From the IMG/VR virus record IMGVR_UViG_3300049793_000099, positions 1-64,000 of that record: 64,000 nt of DNA, one strand, 5' to 3'. The notes under the pieces were generated by a model. The model was not told where the DNA came from, made no database searches, and worked only from the letters and a program-made list of their open reading frames with translations. The stretch is from a virus. Made by a program: the position numbers and the translations under genes. Shown here one piece after another: positions 49,152 to 59,616 of the stretch. Within the stretch, counting starts at the first letter, position 1; each line of letters begins with the position of its first letter.

Positions 49152-52100
49152 TTATTTCCCCCAACGACTATTAAAAGAATTATAAAGCTCTTCTGATGTT
49201 ACTCCTACTTTACTTAATATTGGAACTAATTTTTCAGTTTTTCTTTGAATTTTTAATTTACCTTTATTTTTACCACTTTCATATCTGTCATTAATTTCAG
49301 ACCAATTCCAAGGTAAAATATATTCAAGTACATCTAATGTTTGTTCAATAATTCTTAATGATGGAATAGGTGATTTAGTAATTTTAGTAGCTTCACGAGG
49401 ATCTCTAAATTGACTAAGTTCTGATTCTAATCTTCTTGCTAAAAATGCAACAGTCCATAACCATTTTTTATCATCATCATCTCCTGCAGCACCAGCAGCT
49501 AACATACCAATTAATGGTAATATTGCACCAGTTAAAGCTAATTCCATTACAGATTTTTTAATACCTGCTTTTTTATTATCAGATAATTCATTCCAATTGC
49601 TACTTATAATATCAAATTTAAGTTGTTTTAAAGCAGGGTAAATCGTATGACGTATAAATCTTACAGTTGATACATAAGAACCCTCTTCTGTTGTTCTAAG
49701 TGCATTATTAAAGTGTATATCATCCTCAGTTAAATCTTCTTCTTTAACTAAAGCTTTTGTTAAACCTCTAAATCTAGCTACAGCTTGTGGTATTAAATAT
49801 CTTCTAAATAATAAAATCATCTTACCCCACCAATGTCTATAAGCTTCAGGTTGCATATTAGAATCATAATTACCCATTGTATCAAAAAGTTTTCTTTTTA
49901 CAAATAACATAATTTGTTCTTTACCACCTTCTTTAATTTTAGAATTAAAACTTCTATTGGTATAAACAACTTTATTATCTAATCTAACAATTCCATCTTC
50001 ATCTTTAAATAACATATCTAATACTGAAACAGCTTTATCTTTCTCTACAATCTTACCGTTTTTATCAATATAATTATTACTATCATTCATAACTTTAATA
50101 GAATCTAATGTTGCCATTACCATTATAGATTGAACATAATGTTCACCACCTTCATGCATAAATTGTAAAGACTCAAAATTAACTGCTGTTTTAGCAATTG
50201 TATTTTTAATATAATCTTGTTGTTTAACGGTAAATCCACCAAAAGTATCAAACATTTGATTAATTTGATTTACAAAAGATTGTTTAATTGGTCTAGAATA
50301 ATCTCCAGCAATATTAGCTAAATCTTTAGTATAAATAGAATGTGCTTTTGAAACAGAACCTTTAGTTAAATGATTACCTGCAACTCTTTCTAAAAATATT
50401 TGAGCTTGTGCGTTTATAATATTTGCTGCTGCTGAAAATGTATTTAAAGATAAACCTACAGATGCAATCCAACCATTAGCAGTACTAATTGCTTTATTAA
50501 CATCTAATGGACCTAATTTATCATATTGAACATGTAAAATATCATAAAGATTTTTTTCAATAATATTCTCAATCATTTTAGCTTCGTTGGAAGTACCGTT
50601 AGAAGTTGTAGCTTCTTTTACTCTAGTTGCGTATTTATTAAGAATTGACTCACCACCTTTAGTTTTAATATAATATTCTTTATTTTTAGCAATCATTTTA
50701 ATAGCTTCAACTTTTATTGCAATTGCTTCTTTTTCTTGATAATTAATACCGTTAATTCTATTTAATCTATTAATAGTAAATAAATCTAAAGATTGTTGAT
50801 CTGATGATAATTTACCTCTGTAATGAACTCTTAAATAATGTATAGAATTACCTTTACTGTCTAAACGTTGTTCTTGATAACCAATGTCATCAGGTCTAAT
50901 TTCAGTTAAATCTTTAATTTTATCTTTAAGAATACCTTTTAAATTACCTTCAATAACTCTTTCTTCATCAGATTTAGTTACAGCTGGTAAATCATAATAA
51001 ATAGCTCCTACAAATTCACTAACTAAAGATTGTATTCCGTGAGTTTGTTCATCAGTTTTTTTAATAGTTTCAATAAAATAATTAAGAACTTCTTTTTCAG
51101 TTTTACTTAATTTAGATAAATCATTTTTCCATTTAAAAGTAGGTATTCTTATACCATCTTTAACCGTAGTATTTTCTTTTCTAAATTTAGCAAAATCATT
51201 TTTAGCCTTAATGTAATTTTTATCTTTGAAATTTTGAGAGTCTTTAATTTTAATATAAGACTCTTCTTTAGCGGCTTTAAACTTTTTATACTCTTCTTTA
51301 AATTTAATAGAGTATTCGCCTTTTAATATAGAATAACCAGTTGAATCAGTATCTAGGATATTTTTATATATCTCACCAGGTTTACTTGAATTTTTTTCTT
51401 TAACTAATTGTTCAAATAATTTAGATTCTTTAAAATCACCTTCTCTGGTTTGTTCAATAATTTTTTCTCTAGCTTGAGTAACTAAATTAGCTACAATACT
51501 TACTAATCTTGAATTATTATTAATAATATCACCAAACATTTGACCTGCCCAAGATATATCTGTACCAATACCAGTTAATAGATTGCCAACTTCGTTATCT
51601 AAATCAATTTGAATTTCTTCTAATCTTGGACCATTCATTTGTTTAGAAATCCATTCATCTTGACCTATATTAACCAAACCTCTTTGTTTGTATTCAATTG
51701 CTAATTGTTTACGCCATTTATCTTCAACTTGAGGCAAATAATTAAGATTGTTTAATTGATTTTTAAGAATATCTGCTAATTTAGCATTAAAATCACTTTC
51801 TAAAACGGAATTTCTACCAATAGCTTCTGTAATAGTGTCTTTAATTTCTTTAACAATATCTTCACCTATTTCATCTACTTTATCTTTTTGTAATGAAGAT
51901 ATTAATGTTTTAACATCGTCTACTAAATCATAAGAAGATAAATAAGTTCTATATAAATCAATTATTTCTAAACCATTATTAGCAGTTAAATCTTCCTTAA
52001 TAAGCCTATCATCTAATTGTTTAATTGTAGATAACATTGATTTAACATAAACGGCAATACCTTTCCATTGATTTAAACCATCAACCTTATTTATTTCTGA

Positions 52101-53240
52101 TATTAAATCTTGAATATGTGCTTCAAATTTAGCACCTTTAGCCTCATTTTGTTTCTTATATTTTTTACTAAGATTTAGTAAATTATCTAAATTATCTTTA
52201 GCTTTATTTAAAGTTCTAGTAAGCCTATCTTCAACTGTTTCAATTTTAGTTTTAGATAAAGGTTTCTTATTTGCAAACATTGTTTTTTGAAGATTCATAC
52301 CTCTATAATCCCTTCTATCTTGTTGAACATAATTAATAATTTCTTCAACAAGATTATCTGTTTCTTTAGTTTTAACTAACCTAAATAAACGTCTCACAGC
52401 ATCAATAAATTGTTTCCAATACGAAGTGTTATTTTCTTTATCTAAGCTTTTTAATTCATCTCTAAATGCTTTATTTGCATATATTTCAGCTACAAACTCT
52501 TTTTCATTAGTAAAACCATAACTTTCCATATCTGTAGAAAAATTACCAGTATTTTTAGCATGTTGATTAACTTGTAAATTCCAATATTTTTCATACATGT
52601 CTTTAACTAATTTGGAAAATTCTTTTTCTTCAAAAGTAATAGGATTTAATAAAGCTTGTAATGATTGAGCATGAGCTAATTCATGAATAAAAGATTCGAT
52701 TATAATATTTATTGAATATTTTTTAAGTCTATCTTTACTAATTTGAATTGTATTAGTATCTCTACCAATTTGCATTACAGTGTTATCACTAACTAACGTA
52801 GACTCATTTACAAGTTGAATTTTAGCTCCAGTTCTACCAATCAATCTTCTAGATTTTTCTAATAATTCAATACCAATAGGGGATAAATTCTTATAATTAT
52901 TAAGAATATTTTCAAGAATTTCATCTACAGTAATTTTACCTTCCTCATCATTAAATAAAACTCTTATATTTTCATTAGAATAATTGACTGATTCATCACT
53001 AATAATTTTAGTATTTTTATTCCAATCTAATTCATTTTTTTTAGACCCTTTAAAATTGTTAAAAATATTTTTAACCTCTTCAACTTGTTCAGATTGAATA
53101 ACATCTTCAACTTTAGGATATGAATCTAAACCATTTTTATCTTGATATTGACTTATTCTCATTTCTAATAAGAGTGAAGGAAGCTTTGTAGCTTCCAACA
53201 ACTCTTGAAATTCTTTAATATCTGTTCTAATACAATTCAT
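49152..53240 (-). CDS. Giant virion (ejected) protein with zincin-like motif
   Basis: FIHELAHA...EFVAE; hydrophobic C-terminal segment; adjacent to the vRNAP. Confidence 0.7.
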   Translation of the reverse strand: MNCIRTDIKEFQELLEATKLPSLLLEMRISQYQDKNGLDSYPKVEDVIQSEQVEEVKNIFNNFKGSKKNELDWNKNTKIISDESVNYSNENIRVLFNDEEGKITVDEILENILNNYKNLSPIGIELLEKSRRLIGRTGAKIQLVNESTLVSDNTVMQIGRDTNTIQISKDRLKKYSINIIIESFIHELAHAQSLQALLNPITFEEKEFSKLVKDMYEKYWNLQVNQHAKNTGNFSTDMESYGFTNEKEFVAEIYANKAFRDELKSLDKENNTSYWKQFIDAVRRLFRLVKTKETDNLVEEIINYVQQDRRDYRGMNLQKTMFANKKPLSKTKIETVEDRLTRTLNKAKDNLDNLLNLSKKYKKQNEAKGAKFEAHIQDLISEINKVDGLNQWKGIAVYVKSMLSTIKQLDDRLIKEDLTANNGLEIIDLYRTYLSSYDLVDDVKTLISSLQKDKVDEIGEDIVKEIKDTITEAIGRNSVLESDFNAKLADILKNQLNNLNYLPQVEDKWRKQLAIEYKQRGLVNIGQDEWISKQMNGPRLEEIQIDLDNEVGNLLTGIGTDISWAGQMFGDIINNNSRLVSIVANLVTQAREKIIEQTREGDFKESKLFEQLVKEKNSSKPGEIYKNILDTDSTGYSILKGEYSIKFKEEYKKFKAAKEESYIKIKDSQNFKDKNYIKAKNDFAKFRKENTTVKDGIRIPTFKWKNDLSKLSKTEKEVLNYFIETIKKTDEQTHGIQSLVSEFVGAIYYDLPAVTKSDEERVIEGNLKGILKDKIKDLTEIRPDDIGYQEQRLDSKGNSIHYLRVHYRGKLSSDQQSLDLFTINRLNRINGINYQEKEAIAIKVEAIKMIAKNKEYYIKTKGGESILNKYATRVKEATTSNGTSNEAKMIENIIEKNLYDILHVQYDKLGPLDVNKAISTANGWIASVGLSLNTFSAAANIINAQAQIFLERVAGNHLTKGSVSKAHSIYTKDLANIAGDYSRPIKQSFVNQINQMFDTFGGFTVKQQDYIKNTIAKTAVNFESLQFMHEGGEHYVQSIMVMATLDSIKVMNDSNNYIDKNGKIVEKDKAVSVLDMLFKDEDGIVRLDNKVVYTNRSFNSKIKEGGKEQIMLFVKRKLFDTMGNYDSNMQPEAYRHWWGKMILLFRRYLIPQAVARFRGLTKALVKEEDLTEDDIHFNNALRTTEEGSYVSTVRFIRHTIYPALKQLKFDIISSNWNELSDNKKAGIKKSVMELALTGAILPLIGMLAAGAAGDDDDKKWLWTVAFLARRLESELSQFRDPREATKITKSPIPSLRIIEQTLDVLEYILPWNWSEINDRYESGKNKGKLKIQRKTEKLVPILSKVGVTSEELYNSFNSRWGK

Positions 53241-56200
53241 TATGATTTACATTTTTTAATATACTCTTTAACATAATCTTCTCCAAATTCTCGAATCATA
53301 TCGTTAAATTGCTCTTCATTAATAATATTCTCTCCCATTACTTCTTTATTTTGAATCCATAAATCATTTTCTAATTCAGATTCTTTCTTAATTATAACAT
53401 TTTCTCTATAAAATATATCTCTAGGGTAGATAACCTCATTATTAAAAAACTCTAATTGTTGTTTATTTATAATTTCAACAACACCTTTACTAGGTTCTTT
53501 AAGGTTAATACCGTTAGTATCAAAGTTAATGATTCTATTACCTTTCTTATCCTTCACATTAAGATTTTTAATATCAGTATATTCACCATTAATATTAAGG
53601 ATAAATCTAGTATAAATACCTTGATAATTTGAATTATACCCAACTAATTTGTAATAAATTGGTGGATTTATACCATTAGAATCTTTTTTAATTCTAAAAT
53701 ATCCAACTTTTCCAGGTTTTTTAACTAAAAATCCATTAATATTTCTTAATTCTTTTTGAATTTGACTATCTGTAATATTTTTAACAAGTTTAGCATCTTC
53801 TAAATTAGATAAATAAAATTGATCTATAAATATATCATCATTAACTTCTTCATAATTATCATATTCAAACGAGGTATCAATTATATATCTATTGATATTA
53901 TTTCTATTAAACCATTGTGTAGGAATCATAGTGAAGAATTGACTCATATGAGTGTTAAATCCAGATGTTAAATATGAATATTGAATAAGTTTATTAGCAA
54001 ATTCTTCATCATCATTTAATAAATCTAAAAATGAATTAATCATACTATCTTCAAATTCTTTAGATTTCTTTCTATTATTCAAACCTACAAATTCTAAAAT
54101 ATCCCCTTGTTTAACAGTCATTTGATCTATAATAGAATATAAACCTTCATTATTTTCTTTAAACAATTTAAATTCTTTAGGAAAATTCAAAGATAAATCT
54201 CTTCTTTCTTGATTAGTCATTTTAAGAGGTTGAAAACCTGACATAACATAACTATAAAAAGTCTTATCTAATTGTTTACTTAAATCCTCATTTAATAATA
54301 TTTCATTATTAACATTGTGAGATATTTCATTAAAAGTATCTTGAATAGTATCATTAGCAACTAAGAATAATTTAGGATTGGATTTAACTATTTGTTCAGA
54401 CTTAATGATTATGTTTTTATAATATTTACTAAACATACTTTCAGAACCATTTGGATTTGTAAATTTAGAACTAAATCCTAATATAATATTTTTTTTAAAT
54501 TTAACTTTATCATCATAATCTAAACTATTATATTTTTCTTCAGCATCTAATATAGAATCTACAGCATTTTTAGATATAATTAATGAATTAACACTACCAC
54601 CAATACCATTTACCATAAATTTAGATGCATCAATATTAATTTTAATAGCTTTAGATGCAGATTGATATTGTAAAAAAGTATTAAAAGCATTCATTTGAAA
54701 AGAATCTTCATTTTCAATAACACCCTCTCTCAATTCTTTTAGACTTCTATTAAAAATATTAGTTTTATAAGAATTATCATAATTATCTTTACCAAACTTT
54801 TGTTCAATAAAAGTATCTTGTGTACTAATACCCTGATTTTGAGAACTTTCATATTGTTCAGAAAATTCTACATATTCTTTAATAACTGGTTGAGCTAAGA
54901 AAGCATTTACATAAAATGGATGTACACCTTTACGAAGTAATAAATTACCTGTATTAGTTGTCATAGTTACCCAATTACCTTCTGTAATATATGGGTCTTT
55001 AGCTATATCAACAAATGCATTGAGAATTGCAGATAATGAATTACTAAGTTTAATAGATTTCAAACTATTAACATCTTTTTTAGAAAGACTTATTTCTTTA
55101 GCATAATAATTTAAATCAGATTGGGATAATTCTTGTGAATATTCTTGGTCTAATTTGTCATTACTTTTAGGAACTTCAAAATTAGTTATACTTAAATCAG
55201 CTAAACTTCCTAATACATAATCCATTAATGAATTAGCTTGTTGTCCTACACCAGCCTTACCAGCTAAGAAACTATATTTAACATCTATATCTTTCAATTG
55301 ATTAAATGTAGATAAATTAGTTGTAGATGCTACTTTAGCAATACTTCTGATATCATTTTTAATATAATCAAAATCTACAGGTGTCATTACTTCACCAATA
55401 ACATTTTCATTAAGTAAAACAGATTTATATAATTCAATTAATCTATTTTGTAAAGCTTCTTTAGTTTGTTCTGATTCAGGTTTATCATTATCATAATTTT
55501 GATAAACTAATTTATTATCTTCAACTTTATAAGCTGGAAACATTAAATACATTTTATCAATATCATAATCAGAACCAGTTTTAGTAGTAATACCTGTATA
55601 AGCTACAACAGTATCGCCATTTTCTTCTGGAAGAATACCAACTATTTCCAAAGCATCATTAGATGATAAACCTTGATTAGGAATTCTATATCCAATAATA
55701 TTTTCTAATATTTTTCTATTTATAACACCATTTATAAACTCACCATTTTCATTTATATAACCAAATAATTTATCAGTATTACCGTTTTTATCTATATAAT
55801 CTCTATAATTAGGAATATATTTAGCTATAAAACTACCTGATAACAATACACCACCTGGTCTAATTATTTTCTTACCGTTTTCAGATAATATAAATTCACC
55901 ACTTTCATCTTTAAGAAATTGTGGTTCATGAGTAGTAGATAATGCTCTAGGACTCCACATAACTCCTTGTTTATCAGCATTTTCTTTATTAAGTCCAAAG
56001 TTACTCATCTGAATAAATGATCCACCATTAGTCTTAATTTTAAGAATTCTTTTAGTTAAGATAGAACTGAATATATTTTGTAATTTATCTTTAGCTTGAG
56101 CTACTCCATAAATACTAATTTCAGATTCTAAAGCATTAATAACATTTTGTGAACCACCTCTAGATTTTAATTCAGATATAATAGAATTGTAAAAACCTTC

Positions 56201-59200
56201 AATATTAGTTATAGTTCCATCTTCAGCAACTCCAAATTCCTTTAATACTGATTCATAACCTAAGTTTGATAGTTCACCAATTACATTAGCGATATTTTCA
56301 ACAATTTGATTACCTGAAATTTCTTCATTATCTAAAATAAAATCTTTATCTAAATTAAAAGCTAAACCTTGGAATATATTCTTTTGAATTTGAGAACCTA
56401 CTTCAGTATCGTGCATACCTTTAACAGGTAAATCTTGTTGAAGTTTCCATCCATTAGATGGGATTATAAAAGGTTTAAATGTAAAATTATCTAAAAGTTG
56501 ACCATTATCATTATGAATTTTAGTTGGTTTATTAGAACCTACTTTAATTGCATCAAATGTAACTAATTCATCAACTTTTTGAGTAATCATTTGATTGTAT
56601 ATTTTTTCAAGTTCATTGCCTTTACGCAATCTAGGAGATAATACAGCTTGTGAATATTTAAGAAATATTGGAACTCCGTTAACTGTTTGAAAATAAACTC
56701 CTTTTAATGGTGGGGCTACAGCTTTTAATTCTTCAGCAGTAAATGGTTCATTATTATTACCAAGTAATTTTTCATATACAGAATTATAAATATTATTCCA
56801 TTTCCCAATTGATTGAACTAAAGTTTTCCATCTAGCTGGAGTAATCCAAGCTTGAGCATCTGCAGAATTAATCTTTTTGTATTTATTAGCTAAATCTTCA
56901 CCTAATAATTCAATTAATTCTGGTAAGAATGGACTATCTATTTCAACACTTTCAATCGAAGCTATTGTATAATCTTTATTAACATTATCTAATCTTTGAT
57001 ATAAACCATCTGTATATGTAGCAGGTACACGCTTTTTATAATCTACTGCATTTTTATAATATGCAACATCTCCTGCAAACATTTTAGAATATTCAACATG
57101 AGATATTAATGAGTTAATAAAGAAATCTGAAGAAGCTTTTAATGCATTATCAGATTTATATGAACCCCATATTTTAGTATCTAATTCTTTATTAATTATA
57201 CCTTCAGAAGTTTTTTCAAATATTTTGTTTTTAACTAAATTATCTAAAGTTTCTTGAATACCATTTGATAATTCATTTGCAATATAAGATTTAATATCTA
57301 ATTCAAATTGTGAATTTTTTAATGTACTTAGATAAGCATTACCTTCAGCATCATATATATTTTTGAAATTTAAATTAGAATCTTTAATTTTATCAGACGA
57401 TAAAGATGGAAATAATTGTGATTTAAATGCATGACCTGCTCCCAAATGATAATAAACTCTTAATTTATCAGCATTTTTAGGATCGTTCATAAACTCACGT
57501 TCAAACTTCATTCTTTTATATTCCGCATCAAAATAATTGAAAATTATATCAATAACTTCTTCATTAACAATAACATCTCTATTACCATTATCATATCTAG
57601 CATTAGTAGATATATTTCTACCAATTGCTAATTCATATTGAGTTCCTTTATCTGCAGGAGTTGTAGTTCTATAAAAAGATTGTACTCCTTTAGTAAAACC
57701 TAATATCTTATTAATAGTATCTGAAATATATTCCTGTTTGGAAATAGTTTTATTATCTTTACCTTCTATTGAATTTTCATCTGTTTGATAAGTATTAAAA
57801 GAAAATAATTCTAATTCATTAATACGCTTTTGAGATTCTTTAACTCTCTCCTGCTCTTGAACAGGTAGAGGTAAGAAATCTATAACTTGATATGTATCAT
57901 CTAAAGCTAGTAAATATTTCATCCAATCCGAACCTTCATTATATTTAGAAATTTCATAATGTTTTAAAAGAATATTTCTATCTTTCTTCCAAGTTTTAAT
58001 TGTATTAGATAAATATGAAGGGTATGAATATACCCATTTTTGTTTACCTGCTGTAAATACAGAAGCATCTGAACCTTCAGATATATAAAAAGCTTCAGCT
58101 TTGGCTAATTGTTTAAATATAGTTTGATCTGATAAAATATTATCATAATTATTATTTTTATTATCAACAATATTTTTAATAAAATAACTTATATTATTGA
58201 TTGTTTTATTGAATTTTTCTTCAGATAACTCATTATCATTATTAATTAATTTAAAATCATCTAAAAAATGTTGAAATCCTTTAATGGTATTTTCAACACC
58301 TAATTTTCTAAGTATATTAATAATATTTTGAACACTATCTAATTGATTATATTTAATCTTATTTAAATCACTTTTAATAATATTTAAGTAATCTTTATCT
58401 TCTTTAGATATAGTAATACCATCTTTAGTTTCAGTGATAAATCTATCTTTAAAATTCTTATTCCATTCGTTAAATACATCAGATTCTTTCTTACCAGTTT
58501 CAGATATATTAATATTAGTTACCTCTTTAGTACCATCTTCATTATATTTATTAATGGTAGTATTATAATTATTAGTATCTAAATTAAATGCTTGACTAAA
58601 TTCATTTTTAATCTCATTACTTAAATCTGGTTGAGATAAAATTCTATATAATTCTTTAAAATAAGGTTTTTTATTCTCAAATTTTAATATCTCAGCTTTA
58701 AATATTTCAAACACATCTTCTTGAACACCATCTTTAACAATTGCAATTTGATTTGTCAATTGAGGTAATAATGAAGCATATATTTCATCAAAAGATTTAT
58801 AAATCGTATCATTTAAAAACTCATCTTCTGCAGTAGTATCTTCAATTAAAGATAATCTTAATTTAACATTTGCAGAAGTATTATTTTTAGTAGTTCTTTC
58901 ATTTGAAGCTATACCAAATCCTGGATCTTTTTCATTCTCATTAATTTGAATTTCAACTAAATCAGTATCTTCATCATTATTATTAAAATTTTCAGAATAT
59001 TTAATTTTATAAGTTTCTAATGAATTAACTACATTATTAACAATTTCATCTAAATTTTCATATAAAGCAATTTCTAATAATTCAGCAGTGTCTTCAAATA
59101 AATAATCACCACTATTTTTAAATACATTAATTCTTTCATTTAATTTATTAGCAATACTTTCTCTAATTGAAATAGTTTTACTATCTAAATTAATATTTTC

Positions 59201-59614
59201 AAAATCAATCTTTAAATTATTTTTAAAATAATTATTAACTAATACTTTAGTAATGCGTTCAATTTGTTCATTTGAAAATAAACCTTTTAATGATTTAGTA
59301 TTTTCAATAATCTCAACTTTATTTTTATCTTTATCTATATAATAATAGTTACCATTCTTTTCATTTTTATAAAGTTTAGGTTCACCATTTTCTTCAATAC
59401 GAGATTGTCCAGATTTATAATCATATTTTGCAGATTGTAACATTGGGTTTACTTCATAATCTTCAATCCAATTACCAAAATTAGTTAAAAAATCTTTATC
59501 ATTCTTAAAATAGGAATGAAGAGTTGCTGCTAACTCTTCATCTCCATTATAAGCCTCTAATATTGTATTGTATAAACTGGATTCTTGTCCATTTACTATA
59601 AATTTACACGCCAT
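53240..59614 (-). CDS. Virion RNA polymerase (phi14:2 gp66-like)
   Basis: YRIPNQ, TGSDYDIDK catalytic motif, AFVDIAKDP, K.S motif; 2124 aa. Confidence 0.88.
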   Translation of the reverse strand: MACKFIVNGQESSLYNTILEAYNGDEELAATLHSYFKNDKDFLTNFGNWIEDYEVNPMLQSAKYDYKSGQSRIEENGEPKLYKNEKNGNYYYIDKDKNKVEIIENTKSLKGLFSNEQIERITKVLVNNYFKNNLKIDFENINLDSKTISIRESIANKLNERINVFKNSGDYLFEDTAELLEIALYENLDEIVNNVVNSLETYKIKYSENFNNNDEDTDLVEIQINENEKDPGFGIASNERTTKNNTSANVKLRLSLIEDTTAEDEFLNDTIYKSFDEIYASLLPQLTNQIAIVKDGVQEDVFEIFKAEILKFENKKPYFKELYRILSQPDLSNEIKNEFSQAFNLDTNNYNTTINKYNEDGTKEVTNINISETGKKESDVFNEWNKNFKDRFITETKDGITISKEDKDYLNIIKSDLNKIKYNQLDSVQNIINILRKLGVENTIKGFQHFLDDFKLINNDNELSEEKFNKTINNISYFIKNIVDNKNNNYDNILSDQTIFKQLAKAEAFYISEGSDASVFTAGKQKWVYSYPSYLSNTIKTWKKDRNILLKHYEISKYNEGSDWMKYLLALDDTYQVIDFLPLPVQEQERVKESQKRINELELFSFNTYQTDENSIEGKDNKTISKQEYISDTINKILGFTKGVQSFYRTTTPADKGTQYELAIGRNISTNARYDNGNRDVIVNEEVIDIIFNYFDAEYKRMKFEREFMNDPKNADKLRVYYHLGAGHAFKSQLFPSLSSDKIKDSNLNFKNIYDAEGNAYLSTLKNSQFELDIKSYIANELSNGIQETLDNLVKNKIFEKTSEGIINKELDTKIWGSYKSDNALKASSDFFINSLISHVEYSKMFAGDVAYYKNAVDYKKRVPATYTDGLYQRLDNVNKDYTIASIESVEIDSPFLPELIELLGEDLANKYKKINSADAQAWITPARWKTLVQSIGKWNNIYNSVYEKLLGNNNEPFTAEELKAVAPPLKGVYFQTVNGVPIFLKYSQAVLSPRLRKGNELEKIYNQMITQKVDELVTFDAIKVGSNKPTKIHNDNGQLLDNFTFKPFIIPSNGWKLQQDLPVKGMHDTEVGSQIQKNIFQGLAFNLDKDFILDNEEISGNQIVENIANVIGELSNLGYESVLKEFGVAEDGTITNIEGFYNSIISELKSRGGSQNVINALESEISIYGVAQAKDKLQNIFSSILTKRILKIKTNGGSFIQMSNFGLNKENADKQGVMWSPRALSTTHEPQFLKDESGEFILSENGKKIIRPGGVLLSGSFIAKYIPNYRDYIDKNGNTDKLFGYINENGEFINGVINRKILENIIGYRIPNQGLSSNDALEIVGILPEENGDTVVAYTGITTKTGSDYDIDKMYLMFPAYKVEDNKLVYQNYDNDKPESEQTKEALQNRLIELYKSVLLNENVIGEVMTPVDFDYIKNDIRSIAKVASTTNLSTFNQLKDIDVKYSFLAGKAGVGQQANSLMDYVLGSLADLSITNFEVPKSNDKLDQEYSQELSQSDLNYYAKEISLSKKDVNSLKSIKLSNSLSAILNAFVDIAKDPYITEGNWVTMTTNTGNLLLRKGVHPFYVNAFLAQPVIKEYVEFSEQYESSQNQGISTQDTFIEQKFGKDNYDNSYKTNIFNRSLKELREGVIENEDSFQMNAFNTFLQYQSASKAIKINIDASKFMVNGIGGSVNSLIISKNAVDSILDAEEKYNSLDYDDKVKFKKNIILGFSSKFTNPNGSESMFSKYYKNIIIKSEQIVKSNPKLFLVANDTIQDTFNEISHNVNNEILLNEDLSKQLDKTFYSYVMSGFQPLKMTNQERRDLSLNFPKEFKLFKENNEGLYSIIDQMTVKQGDILEFVGLNNRKKSKEFEDSMINSFLDLLNDDEEFANKLIQYSYLTSGFNTHMSQFFTMIPTQWFNRNNINRYIIDTSFEYDNYEEVNDDIFIDQFYLSNLEDAKLVKNITDSQIQKELRNINGFLVKKPGKVGYFRIKKDSNGINPPIYYKLVGYNSNYQGIYTRFILNINGEYTDIKNLNVKDKKGNRIINFDTNGINLKEPSKGVVEIINKQQLEFFNNEVIYPRDIFYRENVIIKKESELENDLWIQNKEVMGENIINEEQFNDMIREFGEDYVKEYIKKCKS

Positions 59615-59616
59615 AA